DNA from: Candidatus Woesearchaeota archaeon | GTDB taxonomy: Archaea; Nanobdellota; Nanobdellia; SCGC-AAA011-G17; JACPIM01 | DNA: 64,000 nt | Direction: 5' to 3' | NCBI GenBank assembly: GCA_964513145.1 | Contig: CAZELK010000001.1 | Location: 32,001 to 96,000, forward strand | Shown: positions 45,480-55,655 of the stretch, one piece after another | Position numbering within the stretch: position 1 is the stretch's first letter | Layout: the number at the start of each line of letters is the position of its first letter | Program-made: the position numbers and the translations under genes | Notes under the pieces: generated by a model | Seen by the model: only the letters and a program-made list of their open reading frames with translations | Told to the model about the DNA's origin: nothing | Database searches by the model: none

Positions 45480-47296
45480 ATTGTTAATCTTGCGAAGAAT
45501 AATAATATTGTCCAGTAAAGTTCTTTAATTGTTTTAGGATAAGACAGAGCAGATATAGTTCCTTTTATTATTTCATTTGTGAAAGATTTTACTTTTAAAT
45601 TTTCTTTTATATTCAAATGCTTTAATAAATTTTCATGCTTTCTTGCATTAATTGTTTTTTGATCAAGCCAATTATTTAAAGTCATAGGATTTTTAATGAA
45701 AACTTTTGCATTTTCAACATATTTTACCTTATATCCTTTCTTCCAAAAGATATACGGAATTATATGATCTTCTGCAATATTTGAAGGTATATCATTGACA
45801 AAACCATTTTTAAAAGCAAACAAGTAATTAGAACATTCTAAGAACTGCTCTTTGGATGATAATTCTTTTCTTATTCTATGGGCACCAGCATCCAAAAGAA
45901 GATGAGACCAATAACCAAATATATTATTTTTTGAATTTAAGGACAAAGGTCTTCCAGTTATACAGCCTACTCCCGGATCTTCAAAGGATTTTATTATTTC
46001 ATTAATGGAGTTAGTTTCTAGAACTGCCTTGTCTGTTGTTACTATTATTAATTTATTTCTTGCTTCTTTTAATCCAGCTGCCAATAAATTATAATCAGCC
46101 CCCTGGTCAATTATTATTTTAATTTCTTTTTTATTTAATTTTTTTATTTCCTTGTTTTTACTGACAACGATTATATCATTAGGAATATTTATTTTTTGTT
46201 TTAATATAGAATTAATTGTTTTTTCACTTTCTAAAATATTTTCTGCCAAAATAATGGTTGTAATCGACTGCTTTCTTACTTCATTTACTGCCTTAAATAA
46301 ATCTTTTACATGGACACCATCCATACAATTTGGAGTTCTGCCGTCGTAAGAAGAGTAACATCCGACGCAGTCTGAGGGAGTAAAAACTTTAATTCCCTGG
46401 TTGTACATTTCTATTTCCTGGGGTGCTGTCTGCCCGAAAAATACAACAACATTTCTTTTCAAAGCCAGTGCAATATGAAGACCCAATGAATCACTTGTTA
46501 CAATTGTGTTACAAACAGACATCAAAGAAGCCATTTCAAAAAGATAATTGCCGCAGCCTGCGTTGATTATAGGAATTTTTGATAATGATATTATTTGGTT
46601 GTTTCTTTCAACTTCATCAGGACCGCCAAAAAGAATTATTTTAGCGTTTAATTCTTTGTACAGCTTTTGAATTAATTCAACTGCTTTATCCATGGGCAAT
46701 TTTTTTAATGGCCACCTTTCGCCAGCACCAGTGTTTACGCCAATTATTAAATCATTTTTCTTTAGATTGTATCTTCTTAGAAAATCCTGGGCAAATCTTT
46801 TTTGTTCTTTTGTCAAAACTAAAATTGGCGGGTCTTTTTTATAGTCCAATTCTGCAAGTTCGTAAATAAGCTCTGGGTAAGTCTTTTTGTTTGCTTTTTT
46901 TAATATGTCATTTTTCGGCTTTTCTCCAAGAAGACTCATATCAAAGTAGTATTTTGCTGAAACAGATGGAACAATTTTATTTTCCTTATTTATATAATAG
47001 CCATAAACTTTTGATTTTTTATTTAAGAAATGGGTTGTTAAATAACAGGCTTCATAATCTTCATCTAAATTTATCACTATATTGAATTTTAATTCTTTTA
47101 ATCTTGATATGCTTTCTTTACTGTATAGAAATATTTTGTTGATATATGGATTTGTTCTTACTAGATCCAAAGCACTTTTTTTTGTAAACCAAGCTATTTT
47201 TGAATTAGGATACTTTCTTTTTACACCACTAAGTATGCAGGTTGTTCTTAATACATCACCTAATGCACTTTGTTTTATTATTAATATATTTATCAT
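45452..47296 (-). CDS. Fusion of GT9 (heptosyltransferase-like) and GT2 glycosyltransferase domains
   Basis: N-terminal ILIIKQSALGDVLRTT...IGVNTGAG.RW..K.L...VTSDSLGLHIA.AL..FG.T (GT9). C-terminal V.CITGRP.S.N...AED...G..V.Y (GT2). Confidence 0.85.
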   Translation of the reverse strand: MINILIIKQSALGDVLRTTCILSGVKRKYPNSKIAWFTKKSALDLVRTNPYINKIFLYSKESISRLKELKFNIVINLDEDYEACYLTTHFLNKKSKVYGYYINKENKIVPSVSAKYYFDMSLLGEKPKNDILKKANKKTYPELIYELAELDYKKDPPILVLTKEQKRFAQDFLRRYNLKKNDLIIGVNTGAGERWPLKKLPMDKAVELIQKLYKELNAKIILFGGPDEVERNNQIISLSKIPIINAGCGNYLFEMASLMSVCNTIVTSDSLGLHIALALKRNVVVFFGQTAPQEIEMYNQGIKVFTPSDCVGCYSSYDGRTPNCMDGVHVKDLFKAVNEVRKQSITTIILAENILESEKTINSILKQKINIPNDIIVVSKNKEIKKLNKKEIKIIIDQGADYNLLAAGLKEARNKLIIVTTDKAVLETNSINEIIKSFEDPGVGCITGRPLSLNSKNNIFGYWSHLLLDAGAHRIRKELSSKEQFLECSNYLFAFKNGFVNDIPSNIAEDHIIPYIFWKKGYKVKYVENAKVFIKNPMTLNNWLDQKTINARKHENLLKHLNIKENLKVKSFTNEIIKGTISALSYPKTIKELYWTILLFFARLTMWLNVIIKK

Positions 47297-47395
47297 TTTT
47301 TGACCTAAGATATTCGCACTTTATAAATTTAGGGTGCAATATTTTTATTTATTATAGTATCTTCTTAGTAATAATTCTTTCGGGATATTACAAAC

Positions 47396-48547
47396 CTAAT
47401 TCTTAGATTTTATAACTTCTTTATATAAACTCATTGTCTTATCTGCAATTAAATCCCAGGAATATTTCTTTGCTTTCTCAATATTATTTTTAGATATTTC
47501 TTTTGAAAGCTTTTTATTATTTAATAAAAATATAATTTTTTCTTTTAATCCGTTAATGTCGCCGTAATTTACGAAAAAACCATTTTCAGGCTCTTTTATT
47601 TCAAATGGTATTCCATTTACTGGTGAAGCTATAATTGGCAAACCAGAAGCTAAGGCTTCGAATAATGTTAAAGGTAAGCCTTCTCTAAATGATGGCATAA
47701 CGTAAATATCTGATGCTTGGTACATCTCAGCTATTTTTGATTTTTCTCTTATTGGTTCTAAAATAAGTATATTTTCTTCATCTTTACTTAATTCTTTTAC
47801 TTTACTTAACATTCCTTCATCAGGACCAACAATTAAAAATTTTATATTCTTATTTTCTTTCAATATTTCTTTGGCAGCCAATACAAATTTATCAGGACCC
47901 TTTGTCGGGTTTAATCTCCCGAAGAATAAGACTATCTGGTCTTTTATGCCAAATTGTTTTTTGAAATTATTATTTTTTATTTTATTAAAAAATATATTAT
48001 CCACACCATTTGGAATTACAATTATTTTTTCTTTTTTTCCGCCGTATTTTTCTATAAATGGAATTTCCCATGGAGTAATTGCTATAATTTTATTTGACCA
48101 TTTAAAACTCAGCTTGTTTAAAGTTTTGTAAGATAGTTTAACTAGAAGTTTTCCTGTAAAAGACCTGAAACTATCTGTCCATGGGCAATGTGTAGTATGA
48201 ATTAAAGGTGTTTTTGTTAATTTTGCAATTAGAGAACCAAAAAAAGTATGTGCATGGCCAGAAACGTGGGTATGGATTATATCGAATTTATATTTTGACA
48301 AAGACCATAAAACAGAAGGAAAAACTGTTGCGAAATTTGCAACTCTTAAAATATGATAATGCCTATGAACTTTTACTCCATTGATTATTTCTTCTTTTAT
48401 TTTTATTCTTTTATTTTTATTCCAGTCTGAAGTAAACACATGAACTTCATGGCCTTGTTTAACATAACGTTCTGCTAATTCCTTAACTACCTGCTCTACA
48501 CCACCAATAGTCGGGTAATAAAATGCAGTTACATAAGCTATTTTCAT
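47396..48547 (-). CDS. Glycosyltransferase family 4
   Basis: YYP.IGGVE, VIPNGVD, LFFGRL..KG, PS.REG.PL.L.EALA.G.P. Confidence 0.92.
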   Translation of the reverse strand: MKIAYVTAFYYPTIGGVEQVVKELAERYVKQGHEVHVFTSDWNKNKRIKIKEEIINGVKVHRHYHILRVANFATVFPSVLWSLSKYKFDIIHTHVSGHAHTFFGSLIAKLTKTPLIHTTHCPWTDSFRSFTGKLLVKLSYKTLNKLSFKWSNKIIAITPWEIPFIEKYGGKKEKIIVIPNGVDNIFFNKIKNNNFKKQFGIKDQIVLFFGRLNPTKGPDKFVLAAKEILKENKNIKFLIVGPDEGMLSKVKELSKDEENILILEPIREKSKIAEMYQASDIYVMPSFREGLPLTLFEALASGLPIIASPVNGIPFEIKEPENGFFVNYGDINGLKEKIIFLLNNKKLSKEISKNNIEKAKKYSWDLIADKTMSLYKEVIKSKN

Positions 48548-48586
48548 AGAAAAAGGCTTAAAAATGAAAGTTTATATAAGTTTGGA

Positions 48587-49465
48587 ATGAAAAAACTTTG
48601 CATATTAATTGTTAATTATAACAGTACAAGTGATACGCTTGAATTAATTGAAAATCTAAAAAAATCAACTTACAATAAGTTTGATATTTTAGTTTTTGAT
48701 AATAATTCCAAAGAAGATTTAAGCAGATTAGAAAATGTTAAAGGAATTAAATTTGTCAAAAGCGATATTAATCATGGGTTAACTGGCGGGGTAAATAGGG
48801 CTTTAAGCTTTATAAAAAATAAATATGTTTTACTTTTAAACCCAGACATCAACATTGATGTGGATTCTGTTAATGAAATGTTAACATTTATTGAGACTGA
48901 TGATAAAATTGCTTTTGTAGGCGGGGCAATTTATAATTTTAATAATAGAAATAAAGTTGATGCTTTTGGTGGTAAAATGAATTTTTATACTGGACTGGCA
49001 AAACCTTTAAAAAATGAATCTAATATTAGAGAATTAAAATTCGGGGAATATTCTGATGCCTGTATTCTTATGTTTAATAGAGAAATATTTCAAAAGCTGA
49101 AAGGATATGATGAAACATATTTTATGTATGTAGAAACAGAAGATATTTTATTGAAAGCAATGAAAGCAGGCTATAAAGTTTTTATTAATCCGAATGCTAA
49201 AGTATGGCATAAGGTTTATGGTAGTTTTGGCGGTAAAAAAAGCAAGTTTTCTGTTTATCACCTAAACAGAAACAGGTATTTATTTATGAAAAAACATGTT
49301 TCATTTTTAAGATATTTACTTTTTATTTTGATAAATTTTTTATTTGTTTATCCTGTTCAATTACTTTTATTTGTAAAAAGAGGACAATTTAATTTAATTT
49401 GTTCTTTTTTTAAAGGAATATATCATGGAATTATAGGAAAATATGGGGCTAGTTTTTTTAAATAA
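48587..49465 (+). CDS. Glycosyltransferase family 2
   Basis: ILIVNYN, VFDNNS, N.G..GG.N, LLNPD, YFMY.E.ED, V.HK. Confidence 0.92.
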   Translation: MKKLCILIVNYNSTSDTLELIENLKKSTYNKFDILVFDNNSKEDLSRLENVKGIKFVKSDINHGLTGGVNRALSFIKNKYVLLLNPDINIDVDSVNEMLTFIETDDKIAFVGGAIYNFNNRNKVDAFGGKMNFYTGLAKPLKNESNIRELKFGEYSDACILMFNREIFQKLKGYDETYFMYVETEDILLKAMKAGYKVFINPNAKVWHKVYGSFGGKKSKFSVYHLNRNRYLFMKKHVSFLRYLLFILINFLFVYPVQLLLFVKRGQFNLICSFFKGIYHGIIGKYGASFFK

Positions 49466-49466
49466 A

Positions 49467-50555
49467 ATGAAAATATTATATTCAAACAAATCTTTGTATC
49501 CTTTTGAGGGTGGGGGAGATATCTCAGCTTTAAATTTACTTGAATATTTGTCTAAAGAGCATGATGTTGTTGCAGTTTATAATGGAACTAGTTTAGAGAA
49601 CATAAAAATCAAGTCTTATCCACAGAATGCAAAACAATTTCCAGGATTATGGATAAATTCTTATTTTCTTAATAAAAAATTTGAAAGAATTTTAACTGAT
49701 ATTGTTGAAAAAGAAAAACCTGACTTAATTATTTGCCAAGATTATTTAATTCCAGCAAGTGTTAAAATTGCAAAAAAATTCGGAATTAAAGTTATTGCTT
49801 TTTTACGCAGTTATATTCATATAAGCATAGATGGTTTCATGACTTACAAACCTGAAGACAATAAACCAGGAAAAACTTCTTTATTTGTTTATAAAATTCA
49901 ATATCCATTTTACTTGAAGGTTATTAAACAATTTCAAAAAGCTCTTAAAAATGCTGATTTAGTAATTGCACCAAGTCATTATTTAAGTGATATTACATTT
50001 AAATATTGCGGGGTAAAATGTGAAGTTTTGAGACCCTTTGTTTTTCTTGACAAATCTGATACAAATGGAAATTATATTACTTATATTAATCCGGATTTAC
50101 ACAAGGGAGTAAAAATTTTTGAGGAAATTGTTGGCAAGCTCCCTGACAAGAAATTTCTAGTAGTTGGAAAGAATAATTATAAATTAAATAAACAAAATGT
50201 TAAAATTCTCGGCTGGATTAAAAATATGAAAGAAATCTATTCTGAAACAAGACTTATTATTGTGCCTTCAATATGGCCAGAAGGATGTCCAAGAGTTGGA
50301 ATTGAAGCTATGGCAAATGGAATACCTTTTATTGTAAGCGGAATAGGGGGGTTAAAAGAAGAGGCTGGGGGCTGCGGTTTTATTATAGATGATTATTTAA
50401 ATTCTGATTCCTGGGTTCGGGCGATAAATAAATTTGATGACAAAGAATTCTATGAAAAAATGTCAAAAAATGCCAAATTAAAATACAAAGAGTTTGAAAT
50501 AAATACACAATTTAAAAAATTTGATGTTTTTTTAGAGGACTTATTTAAAAATTAA
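49467..50555 (+). CDS. Glycosyltransferase family 4
   Basis: Likely start ATG 49467 (MKILYSN). GGG..S, HKG...F, PS.W.E...RV..EAM..G.P.I.S..GGL.E. Confidence 0.88.
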   Translation: MKILYSNKSLYPFEGGGDISALNLLEYLSKEHDVVAVYNGTSLENIKIKSYPQNAKQFPGLWINSYFLNKKFERILTDIVEKEKPDLIICQDYLIPASVKIAKKFGIKVIAFLRSYIHISIDGFMTYKPEDNKPGKTSLFVYKIQYPFYLKVIKQFQKALKNADLVIAPSHYLSDITFKYCGVKCEVLRPFVFLDKSDTNGNYITYINPDLHKGVKIFEEIVGKLPDKKFLVVGKNNYKLNKQNVKILGWIKNMKEIYSETRLIIVPSIWPEGCPRVGIEAMANGIPFIVSGIGGLKEEAGGCGFIIDDYLNSDSWVRAINKFDDKEFYEKMSKNAKLKYKEFEINTQFKKFDVFLEDLFKN

Positions 50556-52045
50556 TATTTTTTTAAATTCTTTATTAACTCTATATCTTCATTCTCAATT
50601 ATTTTTAATTTAAATAATAAAGTGATATAAACTATGCTTATTAAAATAATAAAAATTATTATATTTAATACTGGAGAAAATCCCATATATCTTTTAATTA
50701 AAATTGCCATTATGGATGTTATTAAAAAAGCAACTAATATTTTTTTATATTTAAACATAAACGGGTGCATTTTACTATATTTATGAGATACTTTTATCAT
50801 TAAAACTCCGCCAATTATGAAAGAAATTGATGTTGAAATTGCCGCGCCTATCAAACCATATGTTTGTATAAGAAAATAATTCATAATACCATTGCAAATC
50901 GCAAAGAAGGCAATAACTCCAAATATTGTTTTAGTTTTATTTAATGAAGATAATATATTCATGCTTATATCGCTTAAAGAATAAATAAAGTAACCAAAAC
51001 TCAAAATTATTAATGGAATAACTGCTTTTATGTATTCTTCCCCAAATAATAATCTAATAATATCTTGAGATAAAACAGATATTATCAAGAACAACGGCAA
51101 AGTAACCAGCAAGATATATTTTGATATTCTCTTATAAATATTTTTTATTTCTTCTAAATTTCCTGCGCCACCAAGCTCGTTTATTATTGGAAAAAATAAG
51201 TACATTATTCCATATACTGGAATAATAATTAAGTTAGCAGTAGGCAAGGCAACATTGTATATGCCGACGTCAGAAGTTGTTTTAAAATAACCTATCATCA
51301 ACAAGTCTGTCCAGGCTATAATAAACCACATAAAATTTTTTAATAATAATGGCAGCGAGTAATTTAATAATTCTTTGTTGCTTATTTTTGATATTGTTTC
51401 TTTAGCAAATATATTTAATATTTTTACATTAAATACAGACAGAACTACGAGAAACATTATTAGTGCTGCCAAAAAGAAACCTAACAAAGCACCAACTAAC
51501 TTAAACCCAAAACCAATTAATACAACTGTTATTATTAGGCGGGATGATTTTTCAAGTACTTCCTTTATTGAGACTTCATATACTGGCTTTTGGAATGCCC
51601 TGAAAGAAGATAAGAATATTTGCGCTGTTGATGTTAAAGGAAGAGTTAGGGCCATAAAAAAAAGAACCTGGCTTAATTTGTATTCATTAAAGACTTTATC
51701 TGATATAAAATCTGAAAATACAATTAATAAAATACTTAAAAATATACTTGTGTTCAAAACTTTCTTGAATGATTTATATATTGTTTCTTTTGCTGAATCC
51801 AAATCATTTTTTCCCCTGAAATAAGAAACAAATCTTATTACACCTTCGTCCAGACCAAGCAATGAAAATGCATTTAGAAACGACAATATTGCCATTCCAA
51901 TACTCAAGATACCGTATTCATGAGAACCCAGCTTTGTAGCAACCAAGATAACATATAAATAAGAAAATAATTTACCCAAAATCATTGAAACCAGAACTAG
52001 GAAAGCTCCTTTTACAATTTTTTCTATGTATGCAGTATTTGACAT
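50552..52045 (-). CDS. Oligosaccharide flippase (Wzx/MOP family)
   Basis: About 14 TM helices; LG...YG.L, TDLLMIGYF....VG.Y..A, LLFG.EY..A, G..GAA.S. Confidence 0.9.
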   Translation of the reverse strand: MSNTAYIEKIVKGAFLVLVSMILGKLFSYLYVILVATKLGSHEYGILSIGMAILSFLNAFSLLGLDEGVIRFVSYFRGKNDLDSAKETIYKSFKKVLNTSIFLSILLIVFSDFISDKVFNEYKLSQVLFFMALTLPLTSTAQIFLSSFRAFQKPVYEVSIKEVLEKSSRLIITVVLIGFGFKLVGALLGFFLAALIMFLVVLSVFNVKILNIFAKETISKISNKELLNYSLPLLLKNFMWFIIAWTDLLMIGYFKTTSDVGIYNVALPTANLIIIPVYGIMYLFFPIINELGGAGNLEEIKNIYKRISKYILLVTLPLFLIISVLSQDIIRLLFGEEYIKAVIPLIILSFGYFIYSLSDISMNILSSLNKTKTIFGVIAFFAICNGIMNYFLIQTYGLIGAAISTSISFIIGGVLMIKVSHKYSKMHPFMFKYKKILVAFLITSIMAILIKRYMGFSPVLNIIIFIILISIVYITLLFKLKIIENEDIELIKNLKKY

Positions 52046-52099
52046 AAAAGCATTAAAAATGTTAATTTTATAAACTTTCTTTTACCTTATTTTTCCAAA

Positions 52100-53977
52100 A
52101 TGTGCGGAATATCCGGATTTAATTTTGATGATAAAGAACTTATTAAAAAGATGTGCACTAGAATAGAGCATAGGGGACCAGATGATTATGGTTATTATAC
52201 AGACAAATTTGCAAGTCTAGGCCATAGAAGATTAAGCATAATAGACTTAAGCAAGAAGGGAAAGCAACCAATTTTTAATGAAGACAAAACAATTTGCGTA
52301 GTTTTTAATGGAGAAATTTACAATTATAAAGACATAAAAGATGAACTAGAAAAAAGAGGGCACACTTTTTCTACAAATACTGACACTGAAGTAATAGTAC
52401 ATTCTTATGAAGAATATAAAGAAGACTGCGTTAAATTATTTAGGGGCATGTTTGCTTTCTGCATTTATGACAGAAATGAAAAGAAATTATTTATTGCGAG
52501 AGACAGGATGGGAAAGAAGCCAATTTATTATACAGACAATGCTGAAAGATTTATTTTTGCTTCTGAACTAAAAGCCATACTTTGTGATAATGAATTTAAA
52601 AGAGAAATTAATTTAGAATCTTTGCATCATTACCTTACTTTTGGCTATGTACCGACGCCTTTAACTATTTTGAAAGGCATTAAAAAACTTGAACCAGGGC
52701 ATTATTTAATTTTTAAGGATGAAGAAATACATGTAGAAAAGTATTGGGATGTTAATTTCAATGAAATTAAAAGCGATGAAAAATATTATTTAAGCAGGTT
52801 ATTTGAAATATTAAAAGACAGCGTAAATGCAAGATTAATAAGCGATGTTCAGCTCGGGGCTTTGCTTTCTGGTGGAATTGATTCAAGTGTAGTGGTTGGA
52901 TTAATGGCTAATCTTACAAGCAATGTAAAAACATTTTCAATAGGTTTCGATGAAAAAGATTTTGATGAATTAAAATATGCGAAAATTGTCAGCAACCATT
53001 TCAATACAGACCATAAGGAGTTTAATGTAAGAGTCAATTTAATTAATGATTTACCAAAAATAGCCTGGCAACTTGACGAGCCTTTTGTTGATCCATCAGC
53101 TTTGCCAACTTATTATGTTTGCAATTTAGCCAGGAAGCATGTTAAAGTTGTTTTAAGCGGGGATGGGGGGGATGAATTATTTGCCGGATATACCCGATAT
53201 AATAATTGGGATCAAGACAAAGCTATAAGATACTACAAAATATTGCCATTTTTTTTAAGAAATGGAATAAGCATGGCTTCAAATTTATTTTATTCAAAAA
53301 CAGGAAAGCCATTTTTCAGAAAAGTCAAAAAAGTAGGTGATTTAAGCAACTTAAACAAAGAAGAAAGATGGATCTCCAAACTTAACATATTTAATGATGA
53401 AGAAAAAAGAGAATTATATAAAAATTATCCTGAAGTGCCTAATTCTTTTAGTGTTTTAAATTATCATTTTAAGAAGTGCAATTCCAATATTTTTTTAAAT
53501 AAAATGCTTTATGCTGACATGAAAACTTTTCTTTTAGATGATTGCTTAGTTAAGGTAGATAGAATGAGCATGCTTAATTCTCTTGAAGTCAGGTGCCCAT
53601 TTTTAGATACATATGTAATAGATATTGCTACAAGCATACCTTCTTACTTAAAGATTAAGAATAATGTAAATAAATATATTCTTAAAAAGGCTTTTTCTAA
53701 CATGCTTCCAAGAGAAATATTAGAAAGGAAAAAGCAAGGATTTGATGTACCGATAAAACACTGGATTAAAAATGAATTAAAAGATTTTGTAAATACTTCC
53801 CTGATAAATGATATCAAGGCGAGGGATTACTTTAACTCTAACTATGTTAAAAGAATTATTGATGAACATAATTCTGACAGAAGAGACAATTCAAGAAGAA
53901 TCTGGGCTTTGTTAATGTTTGAAATTTGGAACAAGATGTATATTGATAATATTAAACCAGAAAAAATAAAAATTTAG
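52100..53977 (+). CDS. asnB: Asparagine synthase (glutamine-hydrolysing) / glycan amidotransferase
   Basis: N-terminal MCGI (Ntn Cys), HRGPD, LGHRRLSIIDL, RDR.GKKP, LSGGIDSS, LSGDGGDE.FAGY, K.GF.VP. Confidence 0.93.
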   Translation: MCGISGFNFDDKELIKKMCTRIEHRGPDDYGYYTDKFASLGHRRLSIIDLSKKGKQPIFNEDKTICVVFNGEIYNYKDIKDELEKRGHTFSTNTDTEVIVHSYEEYKEDCVKLFRGMFAFCIYDRNEKKLFIARDRMGKKPIYYTDNAERFIFASELKAILCDNEFKREINLESLHHYLTFGYVPTPLTILKGIKKLEPGHYLIFKDEEIHVEKYWDVNFNEIKSDEKYYLSRLFEILKDSVNARLISDVQLGALLSGGIDSSVVVGLMANLTSNVKTFSIGFDEKDFDELKYAKIVSNHFNTDHKEFNVRVNLINDLPKIAWQLDEPFVDPSALPTYYVCNLARKHVKVVLSGDGGDELFAGYTRYNNWDQDKAIRYYKILPFFLRNGISMASNLFYSKTGKPFFRKVKKVGDLSNLNKEERWISKLNIFNDEEKRELYKNYPEVPNSFSVLNYHFKKCNSNIFLNKMLYADMKTFLLDDCLVKVDRMSMLNSLEVRCPFLDTYVIDIATSIPSYLKIKNNVNKYILKKAFSNMLPREILERKKQGFDVPIKHWIKNELKDFVNTSLINDIKARDYFNSNYVKRIIDEHNSDRRDNSRRIWALLMFEIWNKMYIDNIKPEKIKI

Positions 53978-54363
53978 GCTTCTGGAAATTTTTCTTTAAC
54001 TGCATCTATTAAATCTTTAATAGTATATGGCTTTAGAAAAAACTTATCAACTTTACTTTCTCCAACCCATAATCTTTTATTTTCTTGATTCCCAGAACTA
54101 GCTATTACTAAATCAATATCATAACTTAAACTTCTTGCAAGTTTCAATATCCTTGGGCCATATCCTGGTTCAGGACAATCAGTATCTAAAACCATTATAT
54201 TATAATTTTTTTTGGGTGTTTTTAAAAGCAAGTTTTCTGCATCTTCCTGATGCAAACTAATGTCAATATCTCTGATTCCAGATATTTCCAAGCTTCTTTG
54301 AATTACTTTAGCTAAAATAGATTCGTCTTCTAAGACAAACGCCCTAATTTCGTTTCTTTTCAT
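53974..54363 (-). CDS. Stand-alone response regulator receiver (CheY-like)
   Basis: VLEDE acidic pocket, VLD phosphoacceptor, ASSG, FLKPY conserved Lys-Pro. Confidence 0.82.
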   Translation of the reverse strand: MKRNEIRAFVLEDESILAKVIQRSLEISGIRDIDISLHQEDAENLLLKTPKKNYNIMVLDTDCPEPGYGPRILKLARSLSYDIDLVIASSGNQENKRLWVGESKVDKFFLKPYTIKDLIDAVKEKFPEA

Positions 54364-54495
54364 AATATTTACTTCTAAATAGTGGTATATAAACCTTTTG
54401 ATTTTTTATAATTTACAATTTATTATTTTCTAATTTTTTAGTTAATTATAGTTAATTTTATATACTTTCTTGAATTTTTTAGGCAAGGAGTTACT

Positions 54496-55635
54496 ATGTC
54501 TTCATTAAATCAATTTTCTGTTATTGAAAGGACTGCGTATGGATTAATTAGAAAGATTCCTGGAGCTATAAGAAACCCATTTATTAAACAAATAAATAAA
54601 GTAAGACTAAATAAAGTAAATAATTTTCAGACTCCGCAGAATATGATTTTTTATGCTACTGACTACTGCAATGCAAGATGTTCTCATTGCTTTTACTGGA
54701 AAAACCTGAATAAAAGACAGGATGAAATGACTCTTGACCAAATTAAAACCATGATTAAGTCATTAAAAACACAATTGAACATGCTGGTAATAACTGGGGG
54801 TGAACCTTTTATTAGAAAAGATCTTTATGAAATCTGTACTGCTTTTTATAAAATAAACAATACAAAGAGAATAAATATTGTAACAAATGGTTTGTTAGGA
54901 ACAAAGATAATGGATATAGTAACAAGATTATTAAGAGAAAATTCAAATAAGAGACTAACTATTATTGTTTCTTTGGACGGCTTAGAAGAAACACACAATA
55001 AAATAAGAAGGGTTCCTGATATCTGGAATAAAGACATTAGCTTAATCAAAGAACTGAAAAAGTTAGAAGAAAAATATTCTAAATTGTCTTTATTTGTGAA
55101 TCTGACAATGACAAAAACAAATATTCATGAAGTAAAGCCTCTTGCTAAATTTGTCACAGAAGAACTGAAAATAAATTTTAAAGCGAATGTTCTGAGAACT
55201 GGAAAAAATTATTACGATGTTCCAAAAGATATTTTGATGGATTATGAACCTGAAATTTCTAACCAACCTTCAACAGAAGAGCTGGAAGAAGTTTATGAAT
55301 GGCTTGCAAAAGAAGCAAAGGATTTACCATCTAAAGTTGAAGTTTTAAAATTAAGGCATTCTATTGACATGATAAAACATGAGAAACCAACTTTAAAATG
55401 CCTGGCTGGTTTAAATGACGGGGTTGTTTTTCCAACTGGCAAGGTTGCTGTTTGTGAGCCTACAAAGCCATTTGGTGATTTAAGAGACTATAATTATGAT
55501 TTTGCAAAATTATGGAATTCCAAAGAAGCAGAAACAAGAAAAATGCAAACAAGCAAGTGTTTTTGTTTACAATCCTGCAACTTGTTAAACTCCATGAAAT
55601 ATGACACAAATACACTTAAAAACCTTTTTAACTAG
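54496..55635 (+). CDS. Radical SAM protein with SPASM/twitch-like C-terminus
   Basis: CNARCSHC, TGGEPF.R, TNG, SLDG...H..IR, C.AG.....P.G.V..C...CFC..SC. Confidence 0.88.
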   Translation: MSSLNQFSVIERTAYGLIRKIPGAIRNPFIKQINKVRLNKVNNFQTPQNMIFYATDYCNARCSHCFYWKNLNKRQDEMTLDQIKTMIKSLKTQLNMLVITGGEPFIRKDLYEICTAFYKINNTKRINIVTNGLLGTKIMDIVTRLLRENSNKRLTIIVSLDGLEETHNKIRRVPDIWNKDISLIKELKKLEEKYSKLSLFVNLTMTKTNIHEVKPLAKFVTEELKINFKANVLRTGKNYYDVPKDILMDYEPEISNQPSTEELEEVYEWLAKEAKDLPSKVEVLKLRHSIDMIKHEKPTLKCLAGLNDGVVFPTGKVAVCEPTKPFGDLRDYNYDFAKLWNSKEAETRKMQTSKCFCLQSCNLLNSMKYDTNTLKNLFN

Positions 55636-55655
55636 TCTTTTTCTAATTTTAGAAT

